Assembly (NCBI RefSeq): GCF_965208475.1
Contig: NZ_OZ242338.1
Coordinates: forward strand, 1,426,782-1,490,781
DNA: 64,000 nucleotides
Direction of reading: 5' to 3'
Origin: Candidatus Poriferisocius sp.
GTDB taxonomy: Bacteria > Actinomycetota > Acidimicrobiia > Acidimicrobiales > Bin134
The number at the start of each line of letters is the position of its first letter. Position 1 is the first letter of the stretch. The notes under the pieces are model-generated. The model did not search any database, was not told the origin of the DNA, and was given only the letters and a program-made list of their open reading frames with translations. Both the position numbers and the translations under genes were made by a program. Positions 61,261 through 64,000 of the stretch are shown one piece after another.

Positions 61261-62208
61261 TCAGCCTGCCCGACCGCTCCACGGCCCTGGGCCGAAACCG
61301 ACGAGACGAGTCTCCGGCCGCAGGGAAACGCCCGATCGGGCCTCGACTCGCGCGAAGACATCGCACATGAGTGCGAAGACATCGTCGGCCGAGCCATCCC
61401 GATCGGCGATGAAGAAGTTGGCGTGCTTGTCGGAAACGCGGGCGGTGCCCACCCGGCACCCCTTCAGGCCTGCGGCGTCGATGATCCGCCCCGCGTGGTC
61501 GCCGCGGGGATTGGCGAACACTGAGCCCGTATTCTGACCTCCGGGCTGACTCCCGCGTCTCCACGCCACTATGTCGGCGATCAGGGCTTGGGAAGCCGCC
61601 TCGTCGCCTGCGGCCAACCCCACTTCGGCCCACACCACCAAATGGTGGTCCGCCAACGCGGAACTCCGGTATCCTAGATTCAGCCGCGCCACATCCCACT
61701 GCTCCACACCGCCGCCCCCCAGATCGGCCACTTCGGCCCGTGTCAGGGATGCGGCCATATCGGCGCCGTGGCCACCGGCGTTCATGCGAACCCCGCCTCC
61801 CAGCGAGCCCGGCACCCCGACAGCCCACTCAAAGCCGGTCAACCCGGCCGCCGCACTCCGGCGGGCCATCACCGGAAGCCCTGTCGCAGCCCCGGCCCTG
61901 AGCTCGGTGCCATCGATCTCCACCCAGTCGTGTCCGGCGCCCAGCCACACGGCCACGCCGTCGAACCCGGCGTCGGCCACCAGCAGATTGGAGCCCTTGC
62001 CCACCACCAGCACGTCGGCGCGGTGGGCGGCCAGCGCCTCGGCCAGCGCGGCCTTGTCGGCGTCAACAGCCAAGGTCACCCCAACCCGAGCCGCACCTCC
62101 CACCCGGTATGTGGTGTGGGGGCCGATCGGGCGCTCTCGGCACACCGCTTCTGCTCCCAATACCCGGGCCAGGTCTCCAGCCAGCCGGTCCCAGTCCGCG
62201 GCACTCAT
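61261..62208 (-). CDS. murB: UDP-N-acetylmuramate dehydrogenase
   Basis: 'YRVGGAARV', 'GKGSNLLVAD' and 'VPGSLGGGVRMNAGGHG'. Confidence 0.9.
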   Translation of the reverse strand: MSAADWDRLAGDLARVLGAEAVCRERPIGPHTTYRVGGAARVGVTLAVDADKAALAEALAAHRADVLVVGKGSNLLVADAGFDGVAVWLGAGHDWVEIDGTELRAGAATGLPVMARRSAAAGLTGFEWAVGVPGSLGGGVRMNAGGHGADMAASLTRAEVADLGGGGVEQWDVARLNLGYRSSALADHHLVVWAEVGLAAGDEAASQALIADIVAWRRGSQPGGQNTGSVFANPRGDHAGRIIDAAGLKGCRVGTARVSDKHANFFIADRDGSADDVFALMCDVFARVEARSGVSLRPETRLVGFGPGPWSGRAG

Positions 62209-63578
62209 CGCCGCCCGGCAAGCGTCGAGATCACCTGGTCTGGCACTCTCGTCAGATCACCGGCCCCCAGGGTCAAGCACAGGTCTCCGGGGCGCAGCAT
62301 GTCGGCCAGGTGATCGGCGGCGTCATCGAGGCGGGCCACGTAGGCGACATCCCGCCCCGGATGGGCGTCGGCCACCGCCTGCCAGATGAGCTCCCCGGAA
62401 ACCCCGGGGAGGGCCGGCTCCCCGGCGGCGTAGACGTCGGTGATGATCACCTTGTCGGCGGCTTCGAAGCAGTGGGCGAAGGCCGTCCACAGCTGCGAGG
62501 TACGGGTGTAGCGGTGGGGCTGGAACACGCAAACCACCCGATCCCAGCCGCCCTCGGATGCGGTCTTCAGCGCACAGGCCACTTCGGTGGGCAAGTGGGC
62601 ATAGTCGTCGATGAAGTCGATCCCAGCGGCCTCGCCTCGACGCTCGAACCGCCGGGCCACCCCTCCGAACCCGGCCAAGGCCCCGACGGCGTCGGGCCAG
62701 TCCACCCCCAGCTCGCGGGCCATGGCCAGCGCCCCCAGCGCATTGAGGGCGTTGTGGTCTCCGGGCATGGGCACGATCACCGAGCCCAGCGGTTCATCGC
62801 GGCAGAAGACCTCGCCGACCACCGTGTGCCGGTCGCGGCGCAGGCCATTCCAGCGGTATTCGACATCAGGTCCGGTGCCATAGAGGACCCGGTCGCATCC
62901 CTCAGAGACCCTCACCGCGCCGACGTCGTCGGCGCACACCACCAGCCCATCGGCAGCGCCGGCGCAGAACCGGGCGAACTCGGCCTCCAGATCGGCCTGA
63001 GGGCGGTCGGGGCGCAGGTGGTCGGGCTCAACGCTGGTCACCACTGCCCGACTCACGATCAGCTCTCCGAATGTCCCGTCGCTCTCGTCGGCCTCCACCA
63101 CGAACCACGGACTCCCAGACCATCGGGCCCCGATGCTGCCATCGGCCATAACCCCGCCGACCACGAAACCGGGATCGGCGCCGGCCGCCACCAGCACATG
63201 GGACAGCATGGCCGCAGTGGTGGTCTTGCCGTGGGTGCCGGCAACAGCCACCGTGGAGCGCATTGCGGTTATGGCCGACAGGATCTCAGCCCGGCGGTGT
63301 ACCGGAATGCCGGCCCGACAAGCGGCGACAACCTCGGGATTGTCGTCGCCGATCGCGCTGGAGCGGGCAACCAGGTCCGCCCCCGACACCTGGGAGGCGT
63401 TATGGCCGACGAAGACATCCACCCCCTGAGCGCGCAGGCGGTCGAGCACCGGGGAGTCGGCTATGTCGCTGCCGCTCACCTGGCAGCCAAGGGCGCTCAA
63501 CACGACGGCGATGGCCGACATGCCTGCTCCGCCCACGCCCAAGAGGTGAACCCGGGCCGCTGAGCTCAGATTTACCAT
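62205..63578 (-). CDS. murC: UDP-N-acetylmuramate--L-alanine ligase
   Basis: 'VHLLGVGGAGMSAIA' and 'VAGTHGKTTTAAM'. ATG 63578. Confidence 0.9.
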   Translation of the reverse strand: MVNLSSAARVHLLGVGGAGMSAIAVVLSALGCQVSGSDIADSPVLDRLRAQGVDVFVGHNASQVSGADLVARSSAIGDDNPEVVAACRAGIPVHRRAEILSAITAMRSTVAVAGTHGKTTTAAMLSHVLVAAGADPGFVVGGVMADGSIGARWSGSPWFVVEADESDGTFGELIVSRAVVTSVEPDHLRPDRPQADLEAEFARFCAGAADGLVVCADDVGAVRVSEGCDRVLYGTGPDVEYRWNGLRRDRHTVVGEVFCRDEPLGSVIVPMPGDHNALNALGALAMARELGVDWPDAVGALAGFGGVARRFERRGEAAGIDFIDDYAHLPTEVACALKTASEGGWDRVVCVFQPHRYTRTSQLWTAFAHCFEAADKVIITDVYAAGEPALPGVSGELIWQAVADAHPGRDVAYVARLDDAADHLADMLRPGDLCLTLGAGDLTRVPDQVISTLAGRR

Positions 63579-63583
63579 ATGCC

Positions 63584-64000
63584 CTATTGTTGCTTCCTCC
63601 GACGACGCGGTACGGGTTGGCGAGCACACTCCTCCAGCAGATCAGCTACCCGATTGTCGGCATCGCGGCGCCCCAATCCGGCAGCAGCCATGCCCATGGA
63701 AGCGAGGAGCTGAGGGGTCGCCAGCAAACCGTCGACCTCGGAAACCAGACGGGCGCCATCGAGCTCGGCGTCGGACACCATCACCGCCCCTCCAGCGGCT
63801 ACAAGCCCAGCGGCGTTGGCCGTCTGGTGGTCTCCAGGCGCCCCCGGCAGCGGAATCAGCACCGAGGGCAGTCCGACGACGGCCAACTCGGCCACGCTGG
63901 TCGCACCGGCTCTGCCCACGACCAGGTCGGCCGCGGCGTACACCCCTGCCATGTCCTCCTCGAACTCAACCGCTCGGTAGTCGAGCGAGGCGTCGGACAG
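63584..64000 (-). CDS. murG: MurG (lipid II N-acetylglucosaminyltransferase), 3' part; continues beyond the right edge
   Basis: The frame is open to position 64000 (...LSDASLDYRAVEFEEDMAGVYAAADLVVGRAGATSVAELAVVGLPSVLIPLPGAPGDHQTANA). Confidence 0.85.
   Translation of the reverse strand: MSDASLDYRAVEFEEDMAGVYAAADLVVGRAGATSVAELAVVGLPSVLIPLPGAPGDHQTANAAGLVAAGGAVMVSDAELDGARLVSEVDGLLATPQLLASMGMAAAGLGRRDADNRVADLLEECARQPVPRRRRKQQ

Noticed and set aside
1-64000. Search for tRNA, rRNA, integrase, transposase, toxin-antitoxin pairs and prophage genes
   Set aside because: No intergenic region has cloverleaf-compatible sequence or rRNA-like conservation. No ORF shows integrase (R…HxxR…Y), DDE transposase or typical TA motifs. 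Their absence is itself relevant to the two accessory regions described.

Overview
High-GC (roughly two-thirds G+C by eye) chromosomal segment with Actinomycetota-like gene content and synteny; the class is uncertain, possibly Acidimicrobiia-like. Almost everything is protein-coding. I found no rRNA, tRNA or CRISPR array.

Layout:
- 1-7.9 kb: cell-envelope sugar genes (cofE tail, NDP-sugar pyrophosphorylase, three GT4 glycosyltransferases, GDP-fucose synthase, LCP ligase).
- 8.0-15.3 kb: a compositionally mosaic accessory island. It carries a PLD-nuclease/SNF2-helicase fusion translationally coupled to a large Eco57I/PglX-like N6-adenine methyltransferase. That methyltransferase is split by an 11-nt poly-G tract. 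A truncated HNH gene sits next to it.
- 15.4-19.8 kb: pabB/pabC, birA and acyl-CoA carboxylase alpha.
- 19.9-37.4 kb: an ABC-transporter-dependent (Wzm/Wzt) polysaccharide locus. It has a WbdD-like methyltransferase/coiled-coil terminator, a 1015-aa multidomain GT, a repeat-rich SpoIID-like secreted protein and rmlABCD.
- 37.5-43.2 kb: small lipid/redox gene cluster.
- 43.3-46.9 kb: dnaE.
- 47.0-50.3 kb: a cassette bounded by 33-nt inverted repeats. It carries one large secreted repeat protein preceded by a 23-nt poly-G tract.
- 50.3-64 kb: conserved core genes (bpa, Rrf2, rluD, lspA, dksA-like, ileS, sepF, yggS, ftsZ, ftsQ, murB, murC, murG).

The most interesting candidates are the two-gene MTase + PLD-SNF2 defence-like module with its homopolymer switch, and the inverted-repeat-flanked contingency-type surface-protein cassette. 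All calls rest on reading motifs in the supplied translations and DNA; no database search was possible.
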